From assembly GCA_964459725.1 (NCBI GenBank), contig CAYWNT010000001.1, positions 27,529 through 91,528 on the forward strand: a stretch of DNA of 64,000 bases, written 5' to 3'. Every line of letters begins with the position of its first letter. The stretch's first letter is position 1. Under the pieces are notes generated by a model. That model saw only the letters and a list, made by a program, of their open reading frames with translations. It was not told where the DNA came from and did not search any database. The translations under genes and the position numbers were made by a program. This DNA is from an uncultured Gammaproteobacteria bacterium. GTDB lineage: Bacteria; Patescibacteriota; Patescibacteriia; Patescibacteriales; UBA12075. Shown in pieces: positions 42,377 through 52,303 of this stretch.

Positions 42377-43417
42377 ATGGCTCAAAATGATAAAATCAAG
42401 TTGCTTATTGTCGATGACAGTTTTTTGATGAGAAAAATCTTGATTGAATTATTGAGCGAAGAAGATGATATAGAAATAGTTGGAGAAGCCGCTGATGGTG
42501 AAGATGCTTTTTTGAAAACCAAGAGCTTGAGACCGGATATTATAACGATGGATTATAATATGCCCCTAATGAATGGCCTGGAAGCTATAAAGAAGATTAG
42601 AAGAGAGATGGATTATTTTCCGGCTATTATAATGATTTCTGCTAAGACCAGAGAGGGGGCAAATGACACTCTTGAGTGTATGCGCCAGGGGGCTATAGAC
42701 TTTATTCCAAAACCCTCGGGAGAAATATCAGTTGATATTAAAAGAGTATACAAGGAGTTGGTATTGAAAATCAGAACAGCTATAAAAGCAAGGGGAAAGA
42801 TAGGCAAAAAAGAAAAGAAAGAGGTAAAAGAGGCAAGTGAAAAATCAATCGAGGCCGTAGTTATTGGAGCGTCTACAGGTGGCCCGCCAGTAGTTGAAGA
42901 TATTATTAAAAGCGTGTCAATTACTAAAAAGGCAACTTTGTTGGTAGTGCAGCACATGCCTAGATATTTTACTTCCAGTTTGGCAAAAAGACTGGATAAA
43001 TTGTCTAAGATAGAAGTTCGAGAGGCAAAAGACGGTGAGGAGCTAGTTGGTGGCAGCTGTTTGATAGCTCCAGGTGGGAAGCATATGATGATCGTTAGGG
43101 ATAAGTCAAAAAAAGTGGTTGTTAATCTAACTGATCAGCCCTTAAGAAATGGATTTAGGCCATCGATAGACTATGCAATGGAGTCAGTTGCGCAAATCTA
43201 CAAAGAAAAAACCATGGGCATAATATTAACCGGGATGGGATTTGACGGCACTGATGGAATGGTGGAAATTAAAAATAAGGGAGGGTACACCATCGCTCAA
43301 TCCCCAGAGGAGGCTATCGTAGATTCAATGCCAGAATCAGCTATAGAAACAGGATCGGTTAATGAAGTTCTAGAAATCGAAAAAATAATAAAAAGAGTAA
43401 GTGAGTTATGCGCTTGA
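42377..43417 (+). CDS. cheB: Chemotaxis methylesterase/deamidase CheB (receiver plus esterase)
   Basis: Receiver (IVDDS...ITMDYNMP) plus a catalytic domain with GASTGGP. Confidence 0.9.
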   Translation: MAQNDKIKLLIVDDSFLMRKILIELLSEEDDIEIVGEAADGEDAFLKTKSLRPDIITMDYNMPLMNGLEAIKKIRREMDYFPAIIMISAKTREGANDTLECMRQGAIDFIPKPSGEISVDIKRVYKELVLKIRTAIKARGKIGKKEKKEVKEASEKSIEAVVIGASTGGPPVVEDIIKSVSITKKATLLVVQHMPRYFTSSLAKRLDKLSKIEVREAKDGEELVGGSCLIAPGGKHMMIVRDKSKKVVVNLTDQPLRNGFRPSIDYAMESVAQIYKEKTMGIILTGMGFDGTDGMVEIKNKGGYTIAQSPEEAIVDSMPESAIETGSVNEVLEIEKIIKRVSELCA

Positions 43418-43522
43418 TATTAAAGCAGGGGTGATTTTTTCCTGACTAAAATATCAGGAATTGAATAATTCAAAGATTAATTAAAAAATATTTAATGTTT
43501 GAATCATTCAATTTTTATATAA

Positions 43523-45271
43523 ATGATAGATATCTCAAAATTTAAAGATTTATATATTTCCGAAACTGAAGACCAGTTGCAAATATTGAATAAAAATCTA
43601 CTTGTGCTGGAAAAAAGTATCAAGGGAAAAGATGGCAAGACAGACAAAAAGACTGTTCTAAATGATCTGATGCGAGCATCACACACTATAAAAGGTTCAT
43701 CAGCCACTATGGGATTTAATGATATGGCTTATTTGGCCCATGTTATGGAGGATGTTTTTGATAATGGAAGAAATGATCTGCTTGAATTGAATGAGGAAAT
43801 GGTAGATTATGCTTTTCGTTCAGCTGATAAATTGGAAGAATCATTAAATTCAGTAAAAGATAGCAATAAAGAATTGAAGTTGAAAAAACTAGCAGACAAA
43901 ATCAAGAATCTTACAGGTGTAGATACAACTGGTATTGGAAAATCTGCAAGAAATCAAGATGCCTCCGTAAAACCAGAAAATGAGACAGCGCCAGAAGTAG
44001 AAAAGTCTTCTGATGATTTAGAAAAAGAAGAAACTCTAAACAAAGACCTGGAAAAGACTGAAACAGATACTAAGAAAGATATAAATCACCCAAGTGAATC
44101 CACTGTAAAAATAAATCACATAAAAGTTCCAGTAAAACGATTAGACACCCTCATGGACTTGATTGAAGAGTTGGTAATTGAAAAAATGGCATTACGACGA
44201 TTAAGTGTTGACAATAAAGACCTAAAAGAGGTGGTTGATCGCACTAATTTGCTAATACAAAGCTTGGAATATGAAGTTATGCAAGCTCGTTTGGTTCCTG
44301 TAGATCAGATATTTGCTCGTTTTCCGCGCATGATACGTGATTTGTCAAAAGCGCAAGGAAAGAATGTTGACTTCCGTCTTGATGGTGGAGAATTAGAGTT
44401 GGACAGAACAATTGTAGACAAGCTTGGAGAGCCATTGGTACACCTACTTAGAAATGCTATTGACCATGGAATATCCAAGGAAGGTTATGTAAAGTTGATG
44501 GCTAAGAGGGATAGAGAAAATGCTGTGATTATTGTAGAGAATGATGACAAGTCTATAGATCTAGAAGAGGTAAAAGTATCAGCCGTGAAAAGAGGGATTG
44601 TAAGTGATAAGGAGTTGGAAAGTTTTACAGATGAGCAAGTTATAGATTTAATTTTTCATCCTAAATTATCGACCAACAAAGAGGTAACAGAGATATCGGG
44701 TCGTGGTATAGGTTTAAATGTAGTAAAAAAGTTTGCAGAATCTTCAGGAGGAAAAGTAATAGTTGAAAATATCAATCCCGGTGTTAGATTTACATTGAAT
44801 CTACCCTTAACCTTGGCTATAATCAATTCTTTGTTGGTAGAGGTGGGAAATAATATTTACGCTATTCCATTTGCAAACATTGATCGATCAATAATTGTTG
44901 AGCCAAAAAATGTGAAGAAAATGGCTGATAAGAATGTGGCCATAGTAGACGAAGACAAGGTTCCCTTGATAGATTTAAGAAATGTTTTTGGCAGCGAGGA
45001 GGAAGTCGAAAAAAGCGATGCTAAAGAAGTAGAGGGAGAAAAAAATGCCAACGATTTAGTAAATAATAATTTGATCACTGTTGTTATTAAAAGCGGGAAA
45101 GAGCGAGTTGGACTGGTGGTTGATAAATTAGCCAGCGAACAAGAGGTTACAGTGAAGCCCTTGTCCTCTGTTTTAAAAAGCATAAAAGGTTTTTCAGGGT
45201 CAACTATCCTGGGAGATGGTAGGACGATATTGATATTGGATGCCGGGAGCTTGTTAGAAACAATAAAATAA
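43523..45271 (+). CDS. cheA: Chemotaxis histidine kinase CheA (divergent ATP-binding G1 box)
   Basis: Hpt motif SHTIKGSSATMGF, N box HLLRNAIDHG, G2 box SGRGIGLNVV and a C-terminal CheW-like domain. The G1 position reads ENDDKSID instead of the EDDGxGID type. Confidence 0.88.
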   Translation: MIDISKFKDLYISETEDQLQILNKNLLVLEKSIKGKDGKTDKKTVLNDLMRASHTIKGSSATMGFNDMAYLAHVMEDVFDNGRNDLLELNEEMVDYAFRSADKLEESLNSVKDSNKELKLKKLADKIKNLTGVDTTGIGKSARNQDASVKPENETAPEVEKSSDDLEKEETLNKDLEKTETDTKKDINHPSESTVKINHIKVPVKRLDTLMDLIEELVIEKMALRRLSVDNKDLKEVVDRTNLLIQSLEYEVMQARLVPVDQIFARFPRMIRDLSKAQGKNVDFRLDGGELELDRTIVDKLGEPLVHLLRNAIDHGISKEGYVKLMAKRDRENAVIIVENDDKSIDLEEVKVSAVKRGIVSDKELESFTDEQVIDLIFHPKLSTNKEVTEISGRGIGLNVVKKFAESSGGKVIVENINPGVRFTLNLPLTLAIINSLLVEVGNNIYAIPFANIDRSIIVEPKNVKKMADKNVAIVDEDKVPLIDLRNVFGSEEEVEKSDAKEVEGEKNANDLVNNNLITVVIKSGKERVGLVVDKLASEQEVTVKPLSSVLKSIKGFSGSTILGDGRTILILDAGSLLETIK

Positions 45272-45355
45272 ATAATATTTATCATTGCTGAATTGATTAA
45301 TCAGGTTTAATTACTCAAGTCTGTTTGACAATTTTTCAATGCAACAAAAGTAATT

Positions 45356-45967
45356 ATGACTGACAAAAAAATAGATGATTTGCAGCTTGATCAGCTAAAG
45401 GAGATTGTAAACATAGGCGCTAGTCATGCCTCAACCGCACTTTCTCAGATGATAAATGAGAAGGTGGATTTGACCGTACCAGAAGCTTATGTGGATGAAA
45501 TTCACAACATAAATAAGTATGTCAAAGGGAAGACAGAAGAAGTTGTTGCAGCATTATTAAAAATTTATGGTGATGCTAGCGGAGTAATGTTTTTTATGTT
45601 TGATCAAGGTGATGAGCAAAAATTAGCTAAAACACTTGTGAGAGGACTTATAGATGAAAAAAACAGAAAAGAACTAGAAATGTCCGCTATTGGTGAGATG
45701 GCAAACGTTTTGGCCGGAGCTTCACTAACTGCTTTTTCCAAGTTTTTGAATATGAATTTGCTTCATACTGTTTCAAATATTGTTGTAGATACTGTTGATT
45801 CTATTACAAATTCTGTGGCAGTGGAGATAGGCAAAACAACCGGAAGAGCCTTGGTTTTTCAGGTAAATTTCGAAATAAATAAAATAGGAGTAAAGACAAA
45901 TTTTCTTTTCTTCTTTGATCCTAGTGCTACAAAAAAAATACTAGAAGCTATTAAGAATAAATATTAA
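45356..45967 (+). CDS. cheC: CheC-family CheY-P phosphatase
   Basis: 203 aa with LDQLKEIVNIGASHASTALSQMI and a second ELEMSAIGEMANVLAGA repeat. Confidence 0.8.
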   Translation: MTDKKIDDLQLDQLKEIVNIGASHASTALSQMINEKVDLTVPEAYVDEIHNINKYVKGKTEEVVAALLKIYGDASGVMFFMFDQGDEQKLAKTLVRGLIDEKNRKELEMSAIGEMANVLAGASLTAFSKFLNMNLLHTVSNIVVDTVDSITNSVAVEIGKTTGRALVFQVNFEINKIGVKTNFLFFFDPSATKKILEAIKNKY

Positions 45968-45978
45968 AATATATAATT

Positions 45979-46461
45979 ATGGCCAAAGATATCAAAATCA
46001 ATACCGGGGAGATGGTGGTAAGCGAGGCTCCAACAAAAATAACTACGACAGGAATAGGATCTTGCGTTTTTATTTGTGTTTATGATGACCAGGCTAAAGT
46101 CGGCGGAGCTATTCATGCTATGATTCCCAGCAGGAGTGGTGGTAAAAAAAATAATCTACCAGTTGTTGGAGAGGACAAAAACTCAAGTAAGTATGTTGAT
46201 GAGGCAATTGTTAAGCTCGTCAATAAAATAGTTCAACAAAAAGGAAAAAAAGAAAACTTGAAAGCCAAAATGGTTGGCGGAGCAAGTATGTTTCAAGTTT
46301 TTAGCAATAGTAATATCGGGCGAGAAAATGTAAAAACTGCCGAGCAAATTTTGCAATTATTAAAAATTCCCATAAAAAACAAGTCTGTTGGAGGAAAAGT
46401 GGGAAGGAGTGCAGTGTTTAATTTGAATAATGGAGTAGTTGAAGTTGCAATGAAGATGTAA
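45979..46461 (+). CDS. cheD: Chemoreceptor glutamine deamidase CheD
   Basis: 160 aa with TTGIGSCVFICVYD...GGAIHAMIP. Positioned next to cheC. Confidence 0.8.
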   Translation: MAKDIKINTGEMVVSEAPTKITTTGIGSCVFICVYDDQAKVGGAIHAMIPSRSGGKKNNLPVVGEDKNSSKYVDEAIVKLVNKIVQQKGKKENLKAKMVGGASMFQVFSNSNIGRENVKTAEQILQLLKIPIKNKSVGGKVGRSAVFNLNNGVVEVAMKM

Positions 46462-46504
46462 TTTTAGCTTCAGTAATTTTTAAAATTTAAAGACTCTTTA
46501 TTAT

Positions 46505-46873
46505 ATGCGTGTTCTTGTAATTGAAAATAATGACATATTGAAAACTGTTTATGAGTCAGAACTTCATCAGCAGAATATAGTTGTAGATCTGGCCTCGGAC
46601 GGAGAAGAAGGTTTTGAGATGGCAAAAAAGAATAAACCAGATTTGATTGTGACTGAACTTATTTTGCCAAAAGTCAATGGTTTTGATTTTTTAAAAAAGA
46701 TAAAAAAAGATAAAAAGTTAAAAGATGTAAAGGTTTTAATCACATCCATACTTTCACAGAAAAATGATGTGGAAGAAGCAAAATCGCTTGGGATTTATAA
46801 GTATTTACAAAAAGATATATATTCACAAAAGCAGGTGGTTGAAGAAATATTAAAAATATTAATGAGCTCTTAA
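46505..46873 (+). CDS. Single-domain receiver protein with Glu in place of the phospho-acceptor Asp
   Basis: 122 aa with the receiver fold (VLVIENND...PDLIVTELILPKVNG...VLITSIL...YLQKD). Codon GAA 46655-46657 (E51) aligns with the conserved Asp of DLILLD-type beta3. Confidence 0.75.
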   Translation: MRVLVIENNDILKTVYESELHQQNIVVDLASDGEEGFEMAKKNKPDLIVTELILPKVNGFDFLKKIKKDKKLKDVKVLITSILSQKNDVEEAKSLGIYKYLQKDIYSQKQVVEEILKILMSS

Positions 46874-46920
46874 GTGTACAAGACTTAAGAGATTATATTA
46901 GTCTTGAATAGGAGGAAGTT

Positions 46921-48612
46921 ATGAAGTTAACTAATAATCAGCTAAAAATTCTATTATTGGGATCAAATCTGATCCCCTATGAAAAACTGGAAATGGCAGT
47001 AAAGGAGGCTGATAAAAAAAAGCTATCATTATTGGATTATCTGCCATCTACCCTACTTGTATCATCTGAACAATTGGGGAGGATTGTGGCCGATGAATTA
47101 AAGATTAGTTTTGTAGATTTAAAAGAGGAAAAACTTGATGAAAAATTATTACATTTAATTCCGGAAAGAGTAGCTAGGGCAAAAGGTGTAATCGTCTTTG
47201 GCACAACCGGCAATATGGCCAAGGTGGGAATGACTGATCCGGAAGATATTGAAACTAATCACCTGGTTCAAAAAAAGATAGGCAAAAGGGTTATTCCTTA
47301 TTATATTACCAAGCAGGACTTGGAGTATGCACTATCAAAATACAAAGGAAGTGTACAGGATAAGTTTAAAAAAATATTAAAAGAGATAAATAGTAAGTCA
47401 ATATCCTCTGTTAAAAAGGATGAGATAACCGTAAAGATTGTTGACATGATTTTGGAATATGGATATCAGAGTAAGGCTTCTGATATTCATGTCGAACCAT
47501 TTACTAATGAAATAATGATTCGTTTTAGGGTTGATGGAATACTACATGATGTTTTAAATATCCCAAAAGAATTATTAGAGCTCATATTATCAAGAATAAA
47601 GATTATGTCTAAGATGAGGACGGATGAACATAGAGATGCTCAGGACGGTAAAATTAAGTTCAAGACTGCCCTGGAGGATCTGGATATTCGTGTGTCTATA
47701 TTGCCTACATCTGAGGGGGAAAAGGTAGTGATGCGTTTGCTTTCTTCTAAGAATAAGACATACGGTTTGTCTGACTTGGGACTTTCGTCTAACAACTTGG
47801 CAATCGTAAATAATACTATAAAAAATCCCCATGGTATGATCTTGGTGACTGGTCCCACTGGAAGTGGTAAAACAACGACTATTTACGGTGTATTAAAGAT
47901 ATTAAACAGAAGAGAGGTAAATATTTCTTCAATCGAAGATCCGGTTGAGTATAATATTGACGGAGTAAATCAGATTCAGGTAAACAATAAAACAAATTTA
48001 ACTTTTGCTAGAGGTTTGAGATCGATATTAAGACAAGATCCTGATATTATCATGATCGGAGAGATCCGTGATGAAGAGACGGCTGCTATAGCTGTAAATT
48101 CTGCCTTGACCGGTCACTTGGTTCTCTCTACGCTGCATACCAATGATGCAGCCACCACTCTCCCCAGGTTTTTAGAAATGGGCATCGAGCCTTTTTTAGT
48201 TTCATCAACTGTAAATGTGGCTATAGCCCAAAGATTGGTTAGAAAGATATGTAAAAAATGTATCACATCATACAAGATCACCGAAGATGAAGTAAGAATT
48301 ATAAAAAGAAGTAAAAAAATTCAAGAATATTTAAAAATTGAAGGATATAAAGATATAGAAAATTTGAGGTTATATAAGGGTATAGGATGTCAGGTTTGTG
48401 GGAACACCGGATTTTCAGGTCGAGTAGGAATTTTTGAAGTTTTGGAAATGACCGAGGAAATAAGGGAATTAGTAATAAGTAGGGCTAGTAGTGATGATAT
48501 TTTAAGAGTAGCTGAAGCAAATGGTATGATCGTCATGCTTCACGATGGCGTAAGAAAAATATTCGAAGGTGTTACCACTCTTATGGAGGTAGCTAGAGTT
48601 ACTGCTAAATAA
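46921..48612 (+). CDS. pilB: Type IV pilus assembly ATPase PilB (GspE family)
   Basis: 563 aa with SD aggagg, Walker A GPTGSGKTTT, an Asp box, Walker B, a tetracysteine CKKC...CQVC and an N-terminal GspE_N/MshEN-like domain. Confidence 0.92.
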   Translation: MKLTNNQLKILLLGSNLIPYEKLEMAVKEADKKKLSLLDYLPSTLLVSSEQLGRIVADELKISFVDLKEEKLDEKLLHLIPERVARAKGVIVFGTTGNMAKVGMTDPEDIETNHLVQKKIGKRVIPYYITKQDLEYALSKYKGSVQDKFKKILKEINSKSISSVKKDEITVKIVDMILEYGYQSKASDIHVEPFTNEIMIRFRVDGILHDVLNIPKELLELILSRIKIMSKMRTDEHRDAQDGKIKFKTALEDLDIRVSILPTSEGEKVVMRLLSSKNKTYGLSDLGLSSNNLAIVNNTIKNPHGMILVTGPTGSGKTTTIYGVLKILNRREVNISSIEDPVEYNIDGVNQIQVNNKTNLTFARGLRSILRQDPDIIMIGEIRDEETAAIAVNSALTGHLVLSTLHTNDAATTLPRFLEMGIEPFLVSSTVNVAIAQRLVRKICKKCITSYKITEDEVRIIKRSKKIQEYLKIEGYKDIENLRLYKGIGCQVCGNTGFSGRVGIFEVLEMTEEIRELVISRASSDDILRVAEANGMIVMLHDGVRKIFEGVTTLMEVARVTAK

Positions 48613-48643
48613 AAAAGTTTTCTAATTTCAGGTTTAAAAATAA

Positions 48644-49735
48644 ATGAGCAATCCTAAAAACAAAAAAAGCATACTGGATTTGGATATTAGCATTGGTAAA
48701 GTAAGCTTAGAGCAAAAAATAGCTTTTATAAAACACTTGGCAGTGATGTTGAAGTCCGGCTTGACCATTTCTGAGGCCTTGGAGATTGTTTATGATCAAA
48801 CTGGCGGCAAGTTGAAAAAAATTGTCGGCACCATAAGACTATCTGTAGAGTCAGGCAATTCTTTATCTGCTTCTTTGGGAAAATATCCTAAAGTTTTTTC
48901 TTCTATTTTTGTAAACACAGTGTACGTTGGTGAATCCTCAGGAACTATGGATGAGAATTTAGAAGGTTTGTCTCAGTACTTAAAAAAAGACAAAGAGCTC
49001 ATTGACAAGATAAAGGGAGCAATGTTTTACCCGATAATTGTATTGATTTTGGCAGGCGTGCTTGGATTGGCAATGGCTTTTGTAGTGTTGCCAAAAATAA
49101 CTCCACTTTTTGAGGGGTTAGGAATTGATTTGCCTGTTACCACTAGGGCGCTTATCTCTTTTTCATCAATTATTCAGGAGTATGGCAAAGAGTTGTTTGC
49201 TGGAATTGCTGCTTTTGTGTTTTTGGTGTTGTGGTTGGTTAAGCAAAAATTTTCACAACCCGTTACTCATTATTTGATATTGAAAACACCCATCATTAAA
49301 AATATTGCTATCAATAAGAATTTAACTGTTTTTTCTTCTACCCTGGGAACTTTGCTAAAAAGTGGTTTAAATATTGATGAGGCTTTGAGAATTACAAAAG
49401 ATACTGTAAATAATTATTATTTTAAAAAGGCCTTATCCGAAGCGGAGATGAAAGCTAGGCAGGGAGTAAAGTTGTCTGAGATTTTACAAAGATCAGGCAA
49501 ACTTTTTCCATCCTTATTAATTAATATGACGAAGATTGGTGAGAATTCTGGAAGGCTTGAGGAGACATTGTTCTATCTTTCAGAATATTTTGAAACTGAA
49601 GTAAATAACACAACCAAAAAGCTATCCACCGCAATTGAGCCGATGTTATTAATATTTATTGGTTTGATGGTGGGAGGATTGGCCTTGTCTATTATTACCC
49701 CTATTTATAAACTAACAGGTAATGTACAAAGATAA
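48644..49735 (+). CDS. pilC: Type IV pilus platform protein PilC (GspF family)
   Basis: 363 aa with two T2SSF repeats and three TM segments. It follows pilB directly. Confidence 0.9.
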   Translation: MSNPKNKKSILDLDISIGKVSLEQKIAFIKHLAVMLKSGLTISEALEIVYDQTGGKLKKIVGTIRLSVESGNSLSASLGKYPKVFSSIFVNTVYVGESSGTMDENLEGLSQYLKKDKELIDKIKGAMFYPIIVLILAGVLGLAMAFVVLPKITPLFEGLGIDLPVTTRALISFSSIIQEYGKELFAGIAAFVFLVLWLVKQKFSQPVTHYLILKTPIIKNIAINKNLTVFSSTLGTLLKSGLNIDEALRITKDTVNNYYFKKALSEAEMKARQGVKLSEILQRSGKLFPSLLINMTKIGENSGRLEETLFYLSEYFETEVNNTTKKLSTAIEPMLLIFIGLMVGGLALSIITPIYKLTGNVQR

Positions 49736-49766
49736 AGGCTATTTGTTTTAATCATACTCTATAAAC

Positions 49767-49794
49767 CACCAGCTTTCAGCTGGTGTTTGTGTTT
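49767..49794 (+). terminator. Rho-independent terminator after pilC
   Basis: Stem caccagc/gctggtg followed by tttgtgttt. Confidence 0.6.
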
Positions 49795-50117
49795 AATGAA
49801 GTAATCCTTGTATGCATAGTTTTAATAATAATTGGTATTAAAAACTCTTTAAGCCTATCGCGCTACCGCTTATGTCACTTTTGTGATCAAAAGTAACCAA
49901 AACTCTTGGGGGTTCCTGATTCGCTAACACATTGATTTCTGCTTTATCCTTCCTAGCAATGTCGCTCAGCATCCACCCCCAAACCCCTGTTGGTGATTTA
50001 AGCACAGAATTATCATAAAAATTTGATAATTTAATAAATGGTTCAGTTCACAATGGTGGACAAGGTGCTCAATTTATAACCCCGGTTAGTCTAATAGTAA
50101 TAGTTATTGGTTGTTTT

Positions 50118-50146
50118 TTGTTTGAAAGTAAAAAAAATGGTATAAT
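50118..50146 (+). promoter_or_regulatory. Extended -10 promoter of the pilin-like gene operon
   Basis: TTGTTT 50118-50123, a 17-nt spacer ending in TGg, TATAAT 50141-50146. Confidence 0.55.
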
Positions 50147-50210
50147 ATATTCAAATGATCAATTTAATTTTATTATTTTTAATGTAAAAAATTAATCAGT
50201 TTTTGAGTGG

Positions 50211-50696
50211 ATGATTCATAAAAGGTGTTTTAAAAAATATGCTAGCAATAAAGGTTTTACGCTCCTGGAGTTATTAATTGTAATTGGTTTAACAGTGTCT
50301 ATTGTTGCTGTTTCAGTACCAATGTATGAAAATTTGCACACCTCTACTAAATTGGATGAGGGTTTGGCTCAAATAATGTCAGAGATCAGGTTGGCAAGAG
50401 AAAAGAGTATGGCAGGAATTAATAATGAAGGTCATGGAGTGTATTTTGATCCCGGAAACAATAAGTTGGTTCAATTTGAAGGGGCATCTTACGCTGCCAG
50501 AAATACAGATAACGACAGAGAGTTGATTGTAGATTCTAATATTATCATGTCAACGACGATTGTTTTTAACGAAATAAATTTTGAGAGAGGAAATGGCGTA
50601 CCAGATGCTGTCGGTCAAGTAGAATTATCGCTAAATGAAAAGTCCAGAACTATAGAGATCAATGACTTTGGAATAGTTTTAGAAATTAATGAGTAA
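50211..50696 (+). CDS. Prepilin-type N-terminal cleavage/methylation domain protein (minor pilin, GspH/FimT-like)
   Basis: The leader ends in ...SNKG|FTLLELLIVIGLTVSIVAV. Confidence 0.8.
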   Translation: MIHKRCFKKYASNKGFTLLELLIVIGLTVSIVAVSVPMYENLHTSTKLDEGLAQIMSEIRLAREKSMAGINNEGHGVYFDPGNNKLVQFEGASYAARNTDNDRELIVDSNIIMSTTIVFNEINFERGNGVPDAVGQVELSLNEKSRTIEINDFGIVLEINE

Positions 50697-50699
50697 TGT

Positions 50700-51737
50700 A
50701 TGTTTCATAACCTGTTAGACTCTTTTAAATCTGTAGTACAAAAAAATATTATTAAGCAGTCTTTGGGTGGTAATAATTCTGGAAATTCAATTATAGAAAT
50801 AGTTATTGCATTGGCTATTTTTATTTTGATATCATCATCTTTGGCCAGTGTTATTATGGGAAGTTATAATATTTATAATCGTCAATCAGAGATAATTGAA
50901 GCAGGTATTTTGGCAAAGTCAGGAATTGAGGCTACAAGATTTATAAAGGATAATAAATGGAACAATTTGATATATGATCAAAGTGCTGTTTCTCTAATTA
51001 GCGACACTTGGGAATTCTTGGGCGAGGGCACAACAGAGCAAATTGGAGATTATAGTCGAGTAATTAATTTTTTTGATATTTATAGAGATGAGAATGGCGC
51101 TGTAGTTCCACAAGCCTCATCAAGCGAGGGGGGAGTGTATCTTGATGTACACAGTAAGCGAGTGGAAGTAGTTGTTGGTTGGGAAGTTGGAGGAGGAGAA
51201 ATTTTGGAAATAAAAAACGAATCTATATTTTCTAATTGGAGTAGATCGATTTGGAATCAGGATGACTGGTCTGGAGGAGGTGGCCAGAGCTTATGGGGTG
51301 ATGATGATCGTTATTTTAGCGATGATGGAAATATTGATATTGCTTCAGGAACTATTCTTTTGAAAGAAACTGGTACAACTAGTTTAGCGGTTCTAGGATC
51401 CATTGAGTCGTCTGCCTTTCAAATTGAAGAGAATAGAAATTATAATGTGGTAGAGTGGTCAGCAACCTCTACTAAGACAGGTCCTTGTCCGGAATGTGAA
51501 GCAAGAGTATGGATAAAAACAGCTCCTGATTCTTCAGGTGTCCCTGGGGTATGGACATCAACCTGGTCAGGACCAGATGGTGATGACGGTGATGAAGTTG
51601 ACTATTTTGCAACATCAACTGGGTCTTTGATAAGTACTGACCACGATGGTGATCGATGGCTTAAATATAAAATAGAGCTTATTGGAAATGGAACCCACAC
51701 CCCGTCATTTGAAGAGATGAAAATAAGTTATAATTAA
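50700..51737 (+). CDS. Pilin-like protein with a large C-terminal domain
   Basis: N-terminal GNSIIEIVIALAIFILISSSL (Glu at +5 of the hydrophobic helix), 345 aa, located in the pilin operon. Confidence 0.55.
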   Translation: MFHNLLDSFKSVVQKNIIKQSLGGNNSGNSIIEIVIALAIFILISSSLASVIMGSYNIYNRQSEIIEAGILAKSGIEATRFIKDNKWNNLIYDQSAVSLISDTWEFLGEGTTEQIGDYSRVINFFDIYRDENGAVVPQASSSEGGVYLDVHSKRVEVVVGWEVGGGEILEIKNESIFSNWSRSIWNQDDWSGGGGQSLWGDDDRYFSDDGNIDIASGTILLKETGTTSLAVLGSIESSAFQIEENRNYNVVEWSATSTKTGPCPECEARVWIKTAPDSSGVPGVWTSTWSGPDGDDGDEVDYFATSTGSLISTDHDGDRWLKYKIELIGNGTHTPSFEEMKISYN

Positions 51738-51759
51738 TAGCTCTGCAAGAAAGTGTTAA

Positions 51760-52278
51760 ATGAAAATTAAAAGCAAAAGAAAAAAAAGAGGCTTTACCAT
51801 CGTAGAAACATTAGTCTACATTGCTTTAATATCTGTTGTCCTCGGAAGTTTTGTAAGTTTCGGTGTATATATGGCCGATCTTCGCGTGAAGGCTGCTGCA
51901 ATTCAGACAGTTGAGGAATCTGCTATGATTTCACTAAACTTGATTTCTTCTCATATCAAAAGATCTGACAGTATAGTAATACCCGCCCCTGGAGATGAGG
52001 CAACTAGTACTTTGTATCTTGATATGCCGGACGGTAATAGTGATATTATTTATTCATTAGAAAATGGAATTTTATATATAACCGAAGGGGCAGCGAGCGC
52101 TGTACAGTTAACAGGAGATGGAATAGAGATTCTGGATTTGTCTTTCAACAATATTGCCAAATTAAATCAGCAAGATAGTATATATATTAATATGGATATG
52201 CACAGAAGGAACGCTATAAATAAAGCCTATGAATATAGCAATAGTTATCAAATAAATCTAACGAAACGAATAAGGTAA
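51760..52278 (+). CDS. Prepilin-type N-terminal domain protein (minor pilin)
   Basis: KKRG|FTIVETLVYIALISVVLGSF. Confidence 0.75.
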   Translation: MKIKSKRKKRGFTIVETLVYIALISVVLGSFVSFGVYMADLRVKAAAIQTVEESAMISLNLISSHIKRSDSIVIPAPGDEATSTLYLDMPDGNSDIIYSLENGILYITEGAASAVQLTGDGIEILDLSFNNIAKLNQQDSIYINMDMHRRNAINKAYEYSNSYQINLTKRIR

Positions 52279-52303
52279 TTTTAGAACTAACTTAGTTTAA
52301 AAA

